A stretch of DNA of 64,000 bases from contig CBCTKC010000006.1 in NCBI GenBank assembly GCA_965147435.1, forward strand, positions 29,168 to 93,167, given 5' to 3'. The notes under the pieces are model-generated. The model ran no database searches. It was not told the origin of the DNA and saw nothing but the letters and a program-made list of their open reading frames with translations. This DNA is from an uncultured Eggerthella sp. GTDB taxonomy: Bacteria > Actinomycetota > Coriobacteriia > Coriobacteriales > Eggerthellaceae. The translations under genes and the position numbers were made by a program. This document shows, piece by piece, positions 31,245 through 41,477 of this stretch. The first letter of the stretch is position 1. Each line of letters starts with the position of its first letter.

Positions 31245-34200
31245 ATGGAGCTGTCGCGCAGAAGCTTCTTCAAGGCTGCTGGTGCCGCATTCGCAACCAG
31301 CATGGCCTTCGAGTTTATGCAGCCTTCACCGGCTTTGGCAGTGGAATCCTCCTCCGAGTGGAAGCTCGTTAACACCGAAGAGTACACGAACATCTGCTGC
31401 TACTGTGCAGGTGGTTGTGGCTCCCTTTGCTCGGTGCGTGATGGTGAGCTTATCAACTTGGAAGGCGATCCCGATCATCCCATCAATCAGGGTGGTTTGT
31501 GCCCCAAGGGTGCAACGATGTTTCAGCTGCGTAACGTCGTAAACCCTGAAACCCATGAAGTTGAAAAGAGCAAGGTTCGCCAGACCAAGCCATTGGTTCG
31601 TCGTCCCTTCTCGAAGAAGTGGGAACCCATTACGTGGGAGCAGGCAATTCAGGAAATTGCCCGCAAAACCAAGGAAACCCGTGATGCTGGTTTCGTCGAA
31701 ACCGAAGAAGTTAAGGGCAAGACTCTTACCGTGAACCGCTGCGAAAGCATTGCCAGCTTGGGCGGTTCTCAGCAGAACTCCGAAGAAGAGTACCTCATCC
31801 TCAAGATGATGAGAGCGCTTGGTATCGTGGCAATCGATAACCAAGCCCGTGTTTGACACGGCCCCACCGTCGCCGGTCTGGCGGCATCATTTGGTCGCGG
31901 CTCAATGACTACTCATTGGTGCGATATGCAAAACACCGATGTCATTATGAACATCGGATCCAATTCTGTTGAAAACCACCCCGTAAGCGCCAAGTGGCTG
32001 CATAAAGCCCACGACAAGGGCGCAAAGTGGATGGTTGTCGACCCCCGCTATACCCGTACTGCAGAGCAGGCAGACATCTATTGCCCCATCCGCAGCGGCA
32101 CGGATATCGCGTTCTATGGTGGTCTGTACAAGTACATCATTGATAACCTGATCGAGCCTGGCTTGGCAGAGTACACCCGTACGGGCAAGAACCCCGACAA
32201 CTACAACTTCGAATACCTGATCAACTACACCAACGCTTCCTACATTCTTATGGAGGAATTCGATTTTGATCCTGAAACGGGTCTGTTCAGCGGTTGGGAT
32301 GCTGAAAAGGAAACCTACGACGCTCATTCTTGGCATTATGAGACCGATCACGAGGAGCCTTGGGACACTTCCGAGTCGGGCACCTATGCCTGGTCGGTGA
32401 AGCCGGGCGTTCCCGCTTTCGACAAGCCAGTCCTTACTGTTCCCAAGAAGGATGCAACCCTGCAGCATGAGCGCTGCGTATACCAGAAGTTCAAGGAACA
32501 TTACTCCCGCTACGACATGGATACCGTTTGCCGTGTTTGCGGCATGGACAAGGAAGACCTCGAGTTGGTGTACTCCACTTGGGCTACCTCTTGTGCTCCT
32601 GGCAAGGCGGGCACCATTCTGTATGCACTGGGTCAGACCCAGCATACGTATGGCGCTCAGAATACTCGTTCTATGTCGGTTCTCCAGCTGCTCTCTGGCA
32701 ATATTGGTGTTCCTGGCGGCGGCGTTTGCGCATTGCGCGGCGAGCCCAACGTTCAGGGTGCAACCGACATGGGTATGCTGGTAAACGAGCAGCCTGCATA
32801 CTTGAAGTGGTCGAACACTACCGACCGCGACACCTTGGCTCACTGGCTTTCCAGCCAGACCTATTCCGATGGCTATTACACGAATAAGCCTAAATTCATG
32901 ATTAGTCAGCTCAAGGAATGGTACGGCGAAAACGCTACCGTCGAAAACGATTACGGTTACGACTGGTGGCCAAAGGTTCCCAGCCATGATGGTTCCGACT
33001 GGTCCGAGATGTCCTCCTTCGAGAAGATGAAGGAAGGCACCATGAAGGGCTACTACGCATGGGGCATGAACCCCTGCCACAGTGCGCCCAACTCTGGTAA
33101 TGTTCGTCGCTCTATGGCTAACTGCGACTGGGTTGTAGTTGTTGACCAGGTCATCACTGAAACCGCTTCCTTCTGGGATGCTCCCGACATGAACGCCGAG
33201 GAAATCGGCACTACGTGCTACTTCCTGCCCTGCGCTCTTATTTACGAAAAGCCGGGTACCATCCTCAACTCTGGTCGCTGGATTCAGTGGCGTCAGCAGG
33301 CAGTTGAGCCTTGGGACGAGGCAAAGCCCGACTACGAGATCTGCGATCTTCTGTGGAAGGAAATCTGCCGCCTGTACAAGGAAGAGGGCGGTGCTAATCC
33401 CGATCCCATCCTGAAGATGAAGTGGGATTACTACGTCGATGGCAAGATCGATCCCCGTCCTGTTGCTTGGGCTCTGAATGGCTACAAGCTGGAAGGATCC
33501 GATTGGTCTCAGGGCTTCGAGTCAAACGCAGACGGTGCAACGCTCGCAAAGGGCAGCATCAACTTGCTTCCCGGTTATGCGAAGCTGGAAGCCGACGGTT
33601 CTACTGCATGCGGCATGTGGATCTACTCCGGTTTCTACGCCAACAACGATGCTCCGCTTTCTGCTGAAAGCCAGCCCGTTTACAAGCGCAACAACGTGGA
33701 CACTTCGGGCTTGGGTCTGTACTCCGACTGGGCCTACGCTTGGCCGAACAACCGCCGCGTCATCTACAACCGCGCTTCTGCAGACCTTCAGGGTCAGCCT
33801 TGGGCGGAAGACAAGGCGTTGGTCAAGTGGGACTTGAACGAAAAGAAATGGGTAACTGGCTATAAGGCCGGCATGGATATCCCCGACTTTGCAGCTACCA
33901 AGGCTCTGCCCGACGGCACCACCCAGCAGATCGAACCCAACAACAAGGCGTTCTTCATGCTGTGGGAGCAGAACGGCCGACTTGAAAGCTACGGTATGGT
34001 GGATGGTCCTCTGCCCGAGCATTACGAGCCCTTTGAAACCCCGCTTTCCGAGAACTTGCTCAATGGTCGCTTGAACAGCCCCTGCTATCTGGGTCGTCCC
34101 GATGATGAGGGCAAGAAGGGCCTTGGAACCAAGTACTCCGACGAGTCTACACGCCGTGCAACGGCAGACGAGTTCCCCTATGTTGCCACTACGTACTCTG

Positions 34201-34577
34201 TTACGGAGCATTGGCAGACGGGTGCTCAGACGCGCGCTTGCCCGGCACTTGTTGAGGCTATGCCTGGCGACATGATCGAGCTTTCGCCTGCTTTGGCGAA
34301 GGAGAAGGGCATCCAGACCGGTGACGATGTCCGCGTTTGGAACCGTCGTGCCTCTGTTGTAGTAACGGCAGTGGTTACGCCTCGTATCCGTCCGCTGACC
34401 GTCAATGGCAAGACCCAGCATTTGGTTGGCATGACCCACCACTATAGCTGGAGCAAGCTCTTCGGCCTCACTACGCATGGTGCGGTAAACGATCTGACGC
34501 CGAACGTCGGCGACCCGAACAGCCAGACGCCTGAATACAAAGCGTTCCTGGTTAACATCGAGAAGACTACGGTTTAG
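31245..34577 (+). CDS. fdnG: formate dehydrogenase-N-type alpha subunit, selenoprotein (UGA=Sec at codon 204), Tat signal
   Basis: SRRSFFK; CCYCAGGC; DNQARV-TGA(31854)-HGPTVAGLAASFGRGSMT joins ORFs 31245..31856 and 31905..34577 in one frame; ALRGEPNVQG; PEYKAFLVN. Confidence 0.96.
31869..31885 (+). promoter_or_regulatory. bacterial SECIS of fdnG
   Basis: GTCGCC-GGTCT-GGCGGC hairpin 12 nt after UGA, resembling the E. coli fdhF SECIS position and sequence. Confidence 0.8.
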
Positions 34578-34593
34578 GAGGAGGTGACCCTAG

Positions 34594-35550
34594 ATGACTG
34601 AAATGGCTATTTTGTTCGATTCGTCTCGCTGCACTGGCTGCAGGGGTTGCCAGGTTGCCTGCAAGTGCTGGAACGACTTGCCTAGTGAACCCACTGCGGA
34701 AAATCCTTACGATTCCGTGAATTGGGACGGTAAGTTCACCCATCCTGCCGACCTTAACTCTTGCACCCGCTTGATTATGACGTTCGAAGACTTCGAGGAT
34801 GAGAAGTCCCAGAAGCGCGTTGGCTGGGCATTTGGCCGCCGTGCTTGTCAGCATTGCACCAATGCGGGCTGCGTAAACATGTGTCCCGCAGGTGCGCTGT
34901 ATAAGGACGAGGAGACCGGTATGGTCACCTACGACCAGGACAAGTGCATTGGTTGCCAGAACTGCTCGGCAGCTTGCCCCTACGATGTTCCTCGCTATGA
35001 GGACCGTGGCGGCAAGACCGTTATCAACAAATGCTCGGGCTGCGTCGATCGTATTGCCCAGGGCATGATGCCGGCATGTGTTACCACCTGCCAGCCTGGC
35101 GCCCTGCAGTTCGGCACCCGCGAGGAAATGATTGCGCTTGCAAACGAGCGCTTGCAGCTGCTGCGTGACCGTGGGTACGAGGATGCTTGTATCTACGGCG
35201 AAAACGAGATGGACGGCTTGCATGTAATCCAGGTCCTGAAGCATGGCATGAAGCCCCATGGCGCAGTCGAGAATCCTCAGATTCCTCCTGCAGCCTTCCT
35301 TTCGGGCATCATGAAGCCCGTTACCGCTGTTGGCGCTGGTGCTACGGTTCTTGGCCTTGCTGCAATGTTCGGCCTTGCTGCTGGCTACAAGCGCGATACG
35401 TTGGTTTACAACGACGGCAACGGCGATACCATCAGCCTGGAAACGGGCGAGGTAACCAAGCAGGGCAATGGTCCTGACGAACGTACCGTGATGGAGGCCA
35501 TTACCGAGAACCTTCCCATTGGCAAGAAAGGGGGCGACGACCATGAGTAA
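34594..35550 (+). CDS. fdnH: formate dehydrogenase iron-sulfur (beta) subunit
   Basis: four Cys clusters (CTGCRGCQVAC, CQHC..C..CP, CIGCQNCSAACP, KCSGC..PAC..CQP), C-terminal TM. Confidence 0.93.
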   Translation: MTEMAILFDSSRCTGCRGCQVACKCWNDLPSEPTAENPYDSVNWDGKFTHPADLNSCTRLIMTFEDFEDEKSQKRVGWAFGRRACQHCTNAGCVNMCPAGALYKDEETGMVTYDQDKCIGCQNCSAACPYDVPRYEDRGGKTVINKCSGCVDRIAQGMMPACVTTCQPGALQFGTREEMIALANERLQLLRDRGYEDACIYGENEMDGLHVIQVLKHGMKPHGAVENPQIPPAAFLSGIMKPVTAVGAGATVLGLAAMFGLAAGYKRDTLVYNDGNGDTISLETGEVTKQGNGPDERTVMEAITENLPIGKKGGDDHE

Positions 35551-36319
35551 GCATGCTGAATTCGACATCACGCCTGAAGAGCAGGCTGAAAATGAAGCGT
35601 TCCTGCGTGGGCGCAAAGTTGCTGGCGAGCGCTATATCAAGCGTCACTCCAAGCAGGCTCGTTGGACGCATGGCATCACCGTTAGCTGCTGCATGTGGTT
35701 GATGTTCTCTGGCGCTTTCGTGTTTGTGCCTCCTCTGGCCGCCATGGTGGGCCCGGATGTGGTCTTCGCATTCCGTATGAGCCACCGTATCCTTGGCGTC
35801 GTGTTCGTGTTGGTTCCTATCATCAGTGCCATCATGGCACCGGCTGGTGTGAAGCACATTATCCACAACAACATTTGCCATTGGACAGAAGACGACAAGA
35901 AGTGGATGATCCTGTTCCTGCCGTACCTGTTCCTGGCCAAGTGGATTCACATGCCCGACCAGGACGAGCAGAAGTCTGGCCAGCGTGTGGCTGACGGTGC
36001 TCTGTGGATTTCCGGCATCATCATGGGTATTACGGGCGTTCTGCTCCTTCTGAACTCCACGATCTTGCCTATGGGCACGGGAGCTCATTCGTGGTTGCTG
36101 TTCTTCCACGACCTGTTCTTCTGCATCATGCTCATCTTTGCCCTTGCGCATATCTTCTTGGGCGCAGGTATCTTCCAGCCGTATCGCGGCATGTGGAAGG
36201 TTATGTGGAAAGACGGTCTGATCTCTGAATCCGACGCGTTGTACCACTGGGGCCACTGGGCACGTGATGTCCTCAAGACCGACAACAACGTTATCCGCAA
36301 GAAGGACGACGAAAAGTAG
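35543..36319 (+). CDS. fdnI: formate dehydrogenase cytochrome b (gamma) subunit
   Basis: four TM helices with His ligands (RWTH, SHR, FHD, AHI); overlaps fdnH. Confidence 0.9.
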   Translation: MSKHAEFDITPEEQAENEAFLRGRKVAGERYIKRHSKQARWTHGITVSCCMWLMFSGAFVFVPPLAAMVGPDVVFAFRMSHRILGVVFVLVPIISAIMAPAGVKHIIHNNICHWTEDDKKWMILFLPYLFLAKWIHMPDQDEQKSGQRVADGALWISGIIMGITGVLLLLNSTILPMGTGAHSWLLFFHDLFFCIMLIFALAHIFLGAGIFQPYRGMWKVMWKDGLISESDALYHWGHWARDVLKTDNNVIRKKDDEK

Positions 36320-36469
36320 CGGTCGTACAAGGCCAATTAAAGATGCCGTTCCCCCTTTTGGTGGAGCGGTATCTTTCTGCCTTGCTGTACCATTCAGGAG
36401 CAATTTCTTGTTCCGTGTGCAGCGGAGATAGAGGCAAGTATCTATCCGGAAGCAACAAGGGGATGTGGA

Positions 36470-37366
36470 ATGAACCTTAAGTTTATTGATCGTGTAATCA
36501 AGGCGAACGAGGATACTTTTTCTGAGGAAGACGTCAATCGTCTAAAGTACTTTTATGGCTTATGGGACGATATGGATCGCTGGTCGAAAGGCCCAACTAC
36601 CGCCGAAAAGCACTATGCGGTTCCATCGGCTGAGGAGTTGGAAGAAGCCTGGATGGCTGATCGCCCCGTGTTCTCGTTTGCCCCTCCGAAAATCCAGAAA
36701 AGTCGTTTTGCTGCGATATGCTATAGCCTTCGCGAATACGTTTGCGACGAGGGGGGATTGAGCGAAGAAGACGCCAAGGCGCTTCGTGAAGTCAACTTCC
36801 GTTCGCTGGTTGAACAAGAGGATATGGAGCTTGCGGCAAGCGACCCTGAGGCATTTATTGGGGGATTGCTTTCCAATGCTTACGAGCAGGAAATTCCCTC
36901 TGCCGCAGCTCACATGGTCGCTATGGTTGGCATGATGGCCTTGCGTGTTGACTTGGAACTCGTGGCAAAAGCCGTGGTAAAAGAGCAGCGCAAGATCAAC
37001 AAAATGAATCATAATCCGCTTTCCTGCCCCGTGTGTGGAAGCACACCCGCATTGGCTAAAGTTGGTGGCGAAAGCCCCACTGATGGTCGTGGCCGAACCC
37101 TGTATTGTCAGCAATGTGGAACCGAATGGGCATTCGAGCGCATTCGCTGTGCACGTTGTGGTTCACAGAACCCCCAGCATCTTCATTACTTCAACGTTGA
37201 GGGTGACGATGCCCATCGCATTCACAAGTGCGATGAATGCAACGGCTATATTCGCACGGTGTTCATCGAGGATGCTTTGCGCCCGTTCTCTTACGAGGTA
37301 GAGGAAGTGGTAACCGCAAAGCTTGATGCTATTGCCCGTGACCCAAAGTTCCAGACGCAAGAGTAG
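36470..37366 (+). CDS. fdhE: formate dehydrogenase accessory protein
   Basis: CPVCG, CQQCGTEW, RIRCARCG, CDECNGY. Confidence 0.92.
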   Translation: MNLKFIDRVIKANEDTFSEEDVNRLKYFYGLWDDMDRWSKGPTTAEKHYAVPSAEELEEAWMADRPVFSFAPPKIQKSRFAAICYSLREYVCDEGGLSEEDAKALREVNFRSLVEQEDMELAASDPEAFIGGLLSNAYEQEIPSAAAHMVAMVGMMALRVDLELVAKAVVKEQRKINKMNHNPLSCPVCGSTPALAKVGGESPTDGRGRTLYCQQCGTEWAFERIRCARCGSQNPQHLHYFNVEGDDAHRIHKCDECNGYIRTVFIEDALRPFSYEVEEVVTAKLDAIARDPKFQTQE

Positions 37367-37384
37367 TATTGAAGCATAGACTTG

Positions 37385-37414
37385 AAGGCGACCAAGAAGG
37401 TCGCCTTTTTTATT
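37385..37414 (+). terminator. intrinsic terminator
   Basis: AAGGCGACC-AAGAA-GGTCGCCTT-TTTTATT. Confidence 0.75.
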
Positions 37415-37433
37415 TGTCGGTAGTTGGAGGACT

Positions 37434-38363
37434 GTGTTGATCAACCTGGCCGAAGAGTGGCGAAGGCTCGATGGGCGTCGTCGCAAGCCTGACTCCCAAG
37501 AGCATTGGGACGAGCGCGCGAAATCGTTTTCATTCAAAGACACTCCCGATGCTTACCTGCAATCTTTTATTTCGAAAGCTGGCATTACTGGCAAAGAATC
37601 CGTGCTTGATATGGGGTGTGGGACAGGTTCGCTCGCCGTTGCCCTTGCCGCTATGGGCTGTTCGGTTGTTGCTGCCGATTTCAGCGAAGGGATGCTTGAT
37701 CGCCTGTGTTCGAAAGCAGCAGAGCGGGGGATGCTTTGGGAAAGGGGAACGTCTGGGTTTGGTTCGGGCGGCTTTCCTGCTGGCGATTTTGAAGCATGTC
37801 CCTCTGAGGTTCAGGCGGGGAAGATTCTCCCTCTTCTCATGAGCTGGGAAGACGACTGGGCGAACTATGGTTTGGAGCAAGGTTCGGTCGATGTGGCTGT
37901 CGCATCGCGTTCGGTGATCACCCACGATTTGGAGGATTCGCTGCAGAAGCTTTCCGCGGTTGCTCGCGAAAGAGTATGCGTAACCGTCGGCACAGGCGTT
38001 TCCCCTCGTGTCGATATGCGCGTTGCTCGCGCGATGGGTTTAGAGCTTGAGCGACACAATGATGCCTTATTTGTGTTTGGTATTGCTTCTGACCTAGGGT
38101 ACGAGCCCACCGTTTCTTACATCCATTCGCCCAGAACCAAGTCTTATATTTCACCTGATGAGGCATATTATTCTTTGTTGAAAACAAGAGACTATCTTGC
38201 CGATACAGCTGATCAGATAAGCGTCGAGGAAAGTGCTTGCCGTTTACGTACCTTCCTCGCTGACCATTTGGTTGAAACCGAGGAAGACGGCACTAAGCGT
38301 TGGACGCTTGACCAGCCACGAGTTGTTCCCTGGGCATTTATCAGTTGGGATGTGAGCAGTTGA
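37434..38363 (+). CDS. class I SAM-dependent methyltransferase
   Basis: HWDERAKSF, VLDMGCGTG, ADFSEGML, DVAVASRS. Confidence 0.88.
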   Translation: MLINLAEEWRRLDGRRRKPDSQEHWDERAKSFSFKDTPDAYLQSFISKAGITGKESVLDMGCGTGSLAVALAAMGCSVVAADFSEGMLDRLCSKAAERGMLWERGTSGFGSGGFPAGDFEACPSEVQAGKILPLLMSWEDDWANYGLEQGSVDVAVASRSVITHDLEDSLQKLSAVARERVCVTVGTGVSPRVDMRVARAMGLELERHNDALFVFGIASDLGYEPTVSYIHSPRTKSYISPDEAYYSLLKTRDYLADTADQISVEESACRLRTFLADHLVETEEDGTKRWTLDQPRVVPWAFISWDVSS

Positions 38364-38489
38364 TTTCACTTGTAGCTGTTGCTTCGGTGGGATCCCGACT
38401 CCTCTTATTCTGGGCAAGATGAGCTATTTGCTCTGAAATGGTTAATGTTATTTGGTTATATCGGTGATGAAGCGCAGAAAGGATACCGC

Positions 38490-39041
38490 ATGAGGTCGTT
38501 TGAGGAAGATCTGAACCGCGCGATTACCTTCCATGGTCATCTGTGCGGTGGTCAAATAACGGGTGTGCGTATGGCACGTTATGCGTTGAAGCATTTCGGC
38601 ATCGATGACCCTGATCATTACCGTGATCTGATTATTTATGTAGAATGCGATCGTTGTCTTACGGATGCGATTATGGTGGTTACCGGTTGTCATCCTGGTA
38701 AACGCCGCATGAAATGCTTGGATTTTGGCAAGCAGGCGGCGACGTTTTTTGACTTGAATCGCAATGAGGCAATTCGATTGGTGAACGTGAGCGAAAAGTG
38801 CCCAAAGGGCGAGGATACGAAAGCGTGGTTTGCTGCTCGTAGCGACGAGGATTTATTCAGCGTCCAGAAAGTTGTGGTTAACTACACCGACCTTGATGCT
38901 CCAGGAAAGCCCCATTCCCATGTAGTTTGCGCAGTTTGCGGCGAAGAGGTTACCGATGGCCGTGAAGTGAAAACGGGCTGCGGAAAGGCTATCTGCAGAA
39001 GTTGCGCCGGACAGGCATATTACGAAGTGCTGCAGCCTTAG
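38490..39041 (+). CDS. FmdE family protein with C-terminal zinc finger
   Basis: FHGHLCGG, VECDRCLTDA, CAVCGE...CRSC. Confidence 0.9.
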   Translation: MRSFEEDLNRAITFHGHLCGGQITGVRMARYALKHFGIDDPDHYRDLIIYVECDRCLTDAIMVVTGCHPGKRRMKCLDFGKQAATFFDLNRNEAIRLVNVSEKCPKGEDTKAWFAARSDEDLFSVQKVVVNYTDLDAPGKPHSHVVCAVCGEEVTDGREVKTGCGKAICRSCAGQAYYEVLQP

Positions 39042-39149
39042 GAGAATGGACCGTTCTGTGTTCCCCAGCGCAGGGCTTCGACACTCGTAAGTTGTTGTGG
39101 CTAGAGGTCCCCTTATTTCCTTTTGAAATCCCCCAACGAAAGGATTCTT

Positions 39150-40418
39150 ATGAACCCCAATGAAATGATGAGCGTTGAAGAAGCGCTTGATTGCGTGCTT
39201 TCTCACGTTGCGCCCCTTGAAGTTGAAACCGTTTCGCTGCTCGATGCGGTTGGGCGTGTTGTTGCTGAGGATTTGGCAAGCGATTGCGATATTACCCCGT
39301 TTGACCATGCAGCAATGGATGGTTTTGCGGTTCGTGTAGCCGATCTGGTGAACGCGTCCGAGGACTCGCCCGTTTCTCTGCAGGTGGTGGGGGAAGTTCC
39401 CGCCGGATCTGTCTTCAACGGAGAAATTGGCTTCGGCGAAGCTGTGCGCATTATGACGGGCGCTCCTGTGCCGGATGGCGCAGATGCGGTCGTGAAATAT
39501 GAGATTGTCGACTACCTTGGCGGCGACGGAAGACAGGGGAGCGCCGTTTCGTTTTCTCAGCCAGCAGCTCCTTTTGAAAACATCCGCGCTAAAGGTGAAG
39601 AGATAGCACAGGGGGAGGTTGCTATCCATGCGGGTGAGGTGGTAAGTGCTGCTGGCGTCGGGTTCTTAGCAAGCTGCGGCGTTACGGCAGTTCCGGTATA
39701 TCGTCGTCCGCGCGTTGCCATTATCCCTATCGGCTCCGAGCTGCTGACCCCGAAAGAGCCATTCCGCCCTGGGTGCATTCGCGATAGCAATTCGTATGCT
39801 ATGGCAGCATGCGTTGCCCAAACTGGGGGTATTCCCGCTCAGCTGATGATCGTTCCCGATAAAGAAGAGTGTTTGGCGCGCTCCATCAAGCTGGCTGCAG
39901 AAGATTACGATTTCATTATCACTACTGGCGGGGCTTCTAATGGCGATTACGATTTCATCAAACCCGTGGTTGAGGATCTGGGCGAGCTTTACATGACCTT
40001 GGTGAACATGCGGCCTGGTAAGGCGCAGACTTTCGGCATAGTGGACGGTACGCCGGTTTTCGGTTTGCCAGGAAATCCTGCAGCAGCGTATTGCGGTTTT
40101 GAGGTTTTGATTCGCCAGGCATTGCGCAAGATGCAGGGCTATTCTTCCGTTGGCCGTCCTTTGGTTAAGGCTCGTTTGGTAGGCGATCGCAAAAAACGCG
40201 ATCCGCGTCGCATTTACCTGCGTGCCTCGCTTTCTCGAAACGAGGAAGGCGTTCTTTGCGTGGTGCCCGCAAAGAACCAGAGCTCGGGTTTGTTCAGCAC
40301 TCTTCATCGGGCAAACTGCCTGGCAGTACTTCCAGAAGGTACCGACCAGAACCCTGTTCCCGACGGCACCCTTATCGATTGCCTATTGCTTGATGTTGAA
40401 GAAGGAACGGTGCTGTAG
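39150..40418 (+). CDS. moeA: molybdopterin molybdenumtransferase
   Basis: AAMDGFAV, IMTGAPVP, GSEL, TTGGAS, RPGK, LPGNP. Confidence 0.95.
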   Translation: MNPNEMMSVEEALDCVLSHVAPLEVETVSLLDAVGRVVAEDLASDCDITPFDHAAMDGFAVRVADLVNASEDSPVSLQVVGEVPAGSVFNGEIGFGEAVRIMTGAPVPDGADAVVKYEIVDYLGGDGRQGSAVSFSQPAAPFENIRAKGEEIAQGEVAIHAGEVVSAAGVGFLASCGVTAVPVYRRPRVAIIPIGSELLTPKEPFRPGCIRDSNSYAMAACVAQTGGIPAQLMIVPDKEECLARSIKLAAEDYDFIITTGGASNGDYDFIKPVVEDLGELYMTLVNMRPGKAQTFGIVDGTPVFGLPGNPAAAYCGFEVLIRQALRKMQGYSSVGRPLVKARLVGDRKKRDPRRIYLRASLSRNEEGVLCVVPAKNQSSGLFSTLHRANCLAVLPEGTDQNPVPDGTLIDCLLLDVEEGTVL

Positions 40419-40889
40419 ATGATCACGTTTGCTGTTATTACCTGCTCTGATACGCGTAGTGAAAAGGAAGATACTGCTGGCGCGCTGCTTCGAGAGCTTA
40501 TTGCCGACCAAGGGTGGCAATGCGCTGCGTACGATGTGGTGAAAGACGAGCGCCCTGAAATAGCAGCCGCCATTGTTCGGGCCGCAGATGAGAGCAAGGT
40601 TGATGTGGTGCTCACGTGTGGTGGCACGGGTTTGAGCTTGAGGGACGTGACGCCTGAGGCCACGCGTGATGTGTGTGAGCGAGAGGTGCCTGGCATTGGC
40701 GATGGCATGAGGGCTCACAGCCTTGCCATTACACCGCGGGCAATGCTTTCACGTGCATTGTGCATGCAGCGTGGCACAACATTGGTGATCAATTTACCGG
40801 GAAGCAAAAAAGCCGCCCAGGAGAACTGGGACGGCATTGTTGAGGTTTTGCCCCATGCTGTTTCCATGATGCATGGGGGCGGGCATTAA
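40419..40889 (+). CDS. mogA: MogA/MoaB family molybdopterin adenylyltransferase
   Basis: TCSD, GGTGLSLRDVTPEAT, AMLSRA, INLPGS. Confidence 0.9.
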   Translation: MITFAVITCSDTRSEKEDTAGALLRELIADQGWQCAAYDVVKDERPEIAAAIVRAADESKVDVVLTCGGTGLSLRDVTPEATRDVCEREVPGIGDGMRAHSLAITPRAMLSRALCMQRGTTLVINLPGSKKAAQENWDGIVEVLPHAVSMMHGGGH

Positions 40890-40895
40890 TTTGTT

Positions 40896-41393
40896 CTAAG
40901 CTCTGTTCCATGTGCCGGTTTTTCCGCCTTCTTTATGAAGTAGGCGAACTGCATCGATTTCCATTCCGCGATCGATTGCTTTGCACATGTCGTATACAGT
41001 TAGACCCGCTACGCTTACTGCGGTTAGCGCCTCCATTTCCACGCCGGTTTTACCGACGAGCGAACAGGTTGCGGTTAGGTGGATGCCACAGCGACCGTCT
41101 TCGCGCTCTTCGGCATGCTGCGGCGTGCACTTTACCTCAACTTTGGTAAGAGCCAACGGATGGCAGAGGGGTATAAGGCTGCTTGTTTGCTTGGCTGCCA
41201 TTATGCCGGCTATACGTGCGGCTGCCAGCACATCGCCCTTTTTCGCGCTGCCGCTTTCGATGACAGCAAGGGTTTCGGGCTGCATGGCAACGAAGCCTTC
41301 TGCGATGGCGGTTCGCTTGGTTTCTGCCTTTTCTGAGACATCGACCATATGGGCGTCGCCTTCGGCATCGATGTGGGTAAGTTGTTGGGTCAT
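40896..41393 (-). CDS. moaC: cyclic pyranopterin monophosphate synthase
   Basis: [40 protein letters not shown]. Confidence 0.97.
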   Translation of the reverse strand: MTQQLTHIDAEGDAHMVDVSEKAETKRTAIAEGFVAMQPETLAVIESGSAKKGDVLAAARIAGIMAAKQTSSLIPLCHPLALTKVEVKCTPQHAEEREDGRCGIHLTATCSLVGKTGVEMEALTAVSVAGLTVYDMCKAIDRGMEIDAVRLLHKEGGKTGTWNRA

Positions 41394-41409
41394 GTGATTC
41401 TCCTTGAGT

Positions 41410-41475
41410 GGGAAAATAGGGACAGGTACCAGATTCCCGTTAAAGTGGGAATCTGGTACCTGTCCCTATTTTCCC
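41410..41475. repeat. REP-like palindrome, copy 2 (29-bp perfect inverted repeat)
   Basis: GGGAAAATAGGGACAGGTACCAGATTCCC-8 nt-reverse complement, between moaA and moaC. Confidence 0.92.
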
Positions 41476-41477
41476 TT

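Noticed and set aside
31854..31856. fdnG (and selD) as nonsense pseudogenes
   Set aside because: The UGA codons fall at catalytic Sec positions with SECIS-like hairpins, and selABCD are adjacent
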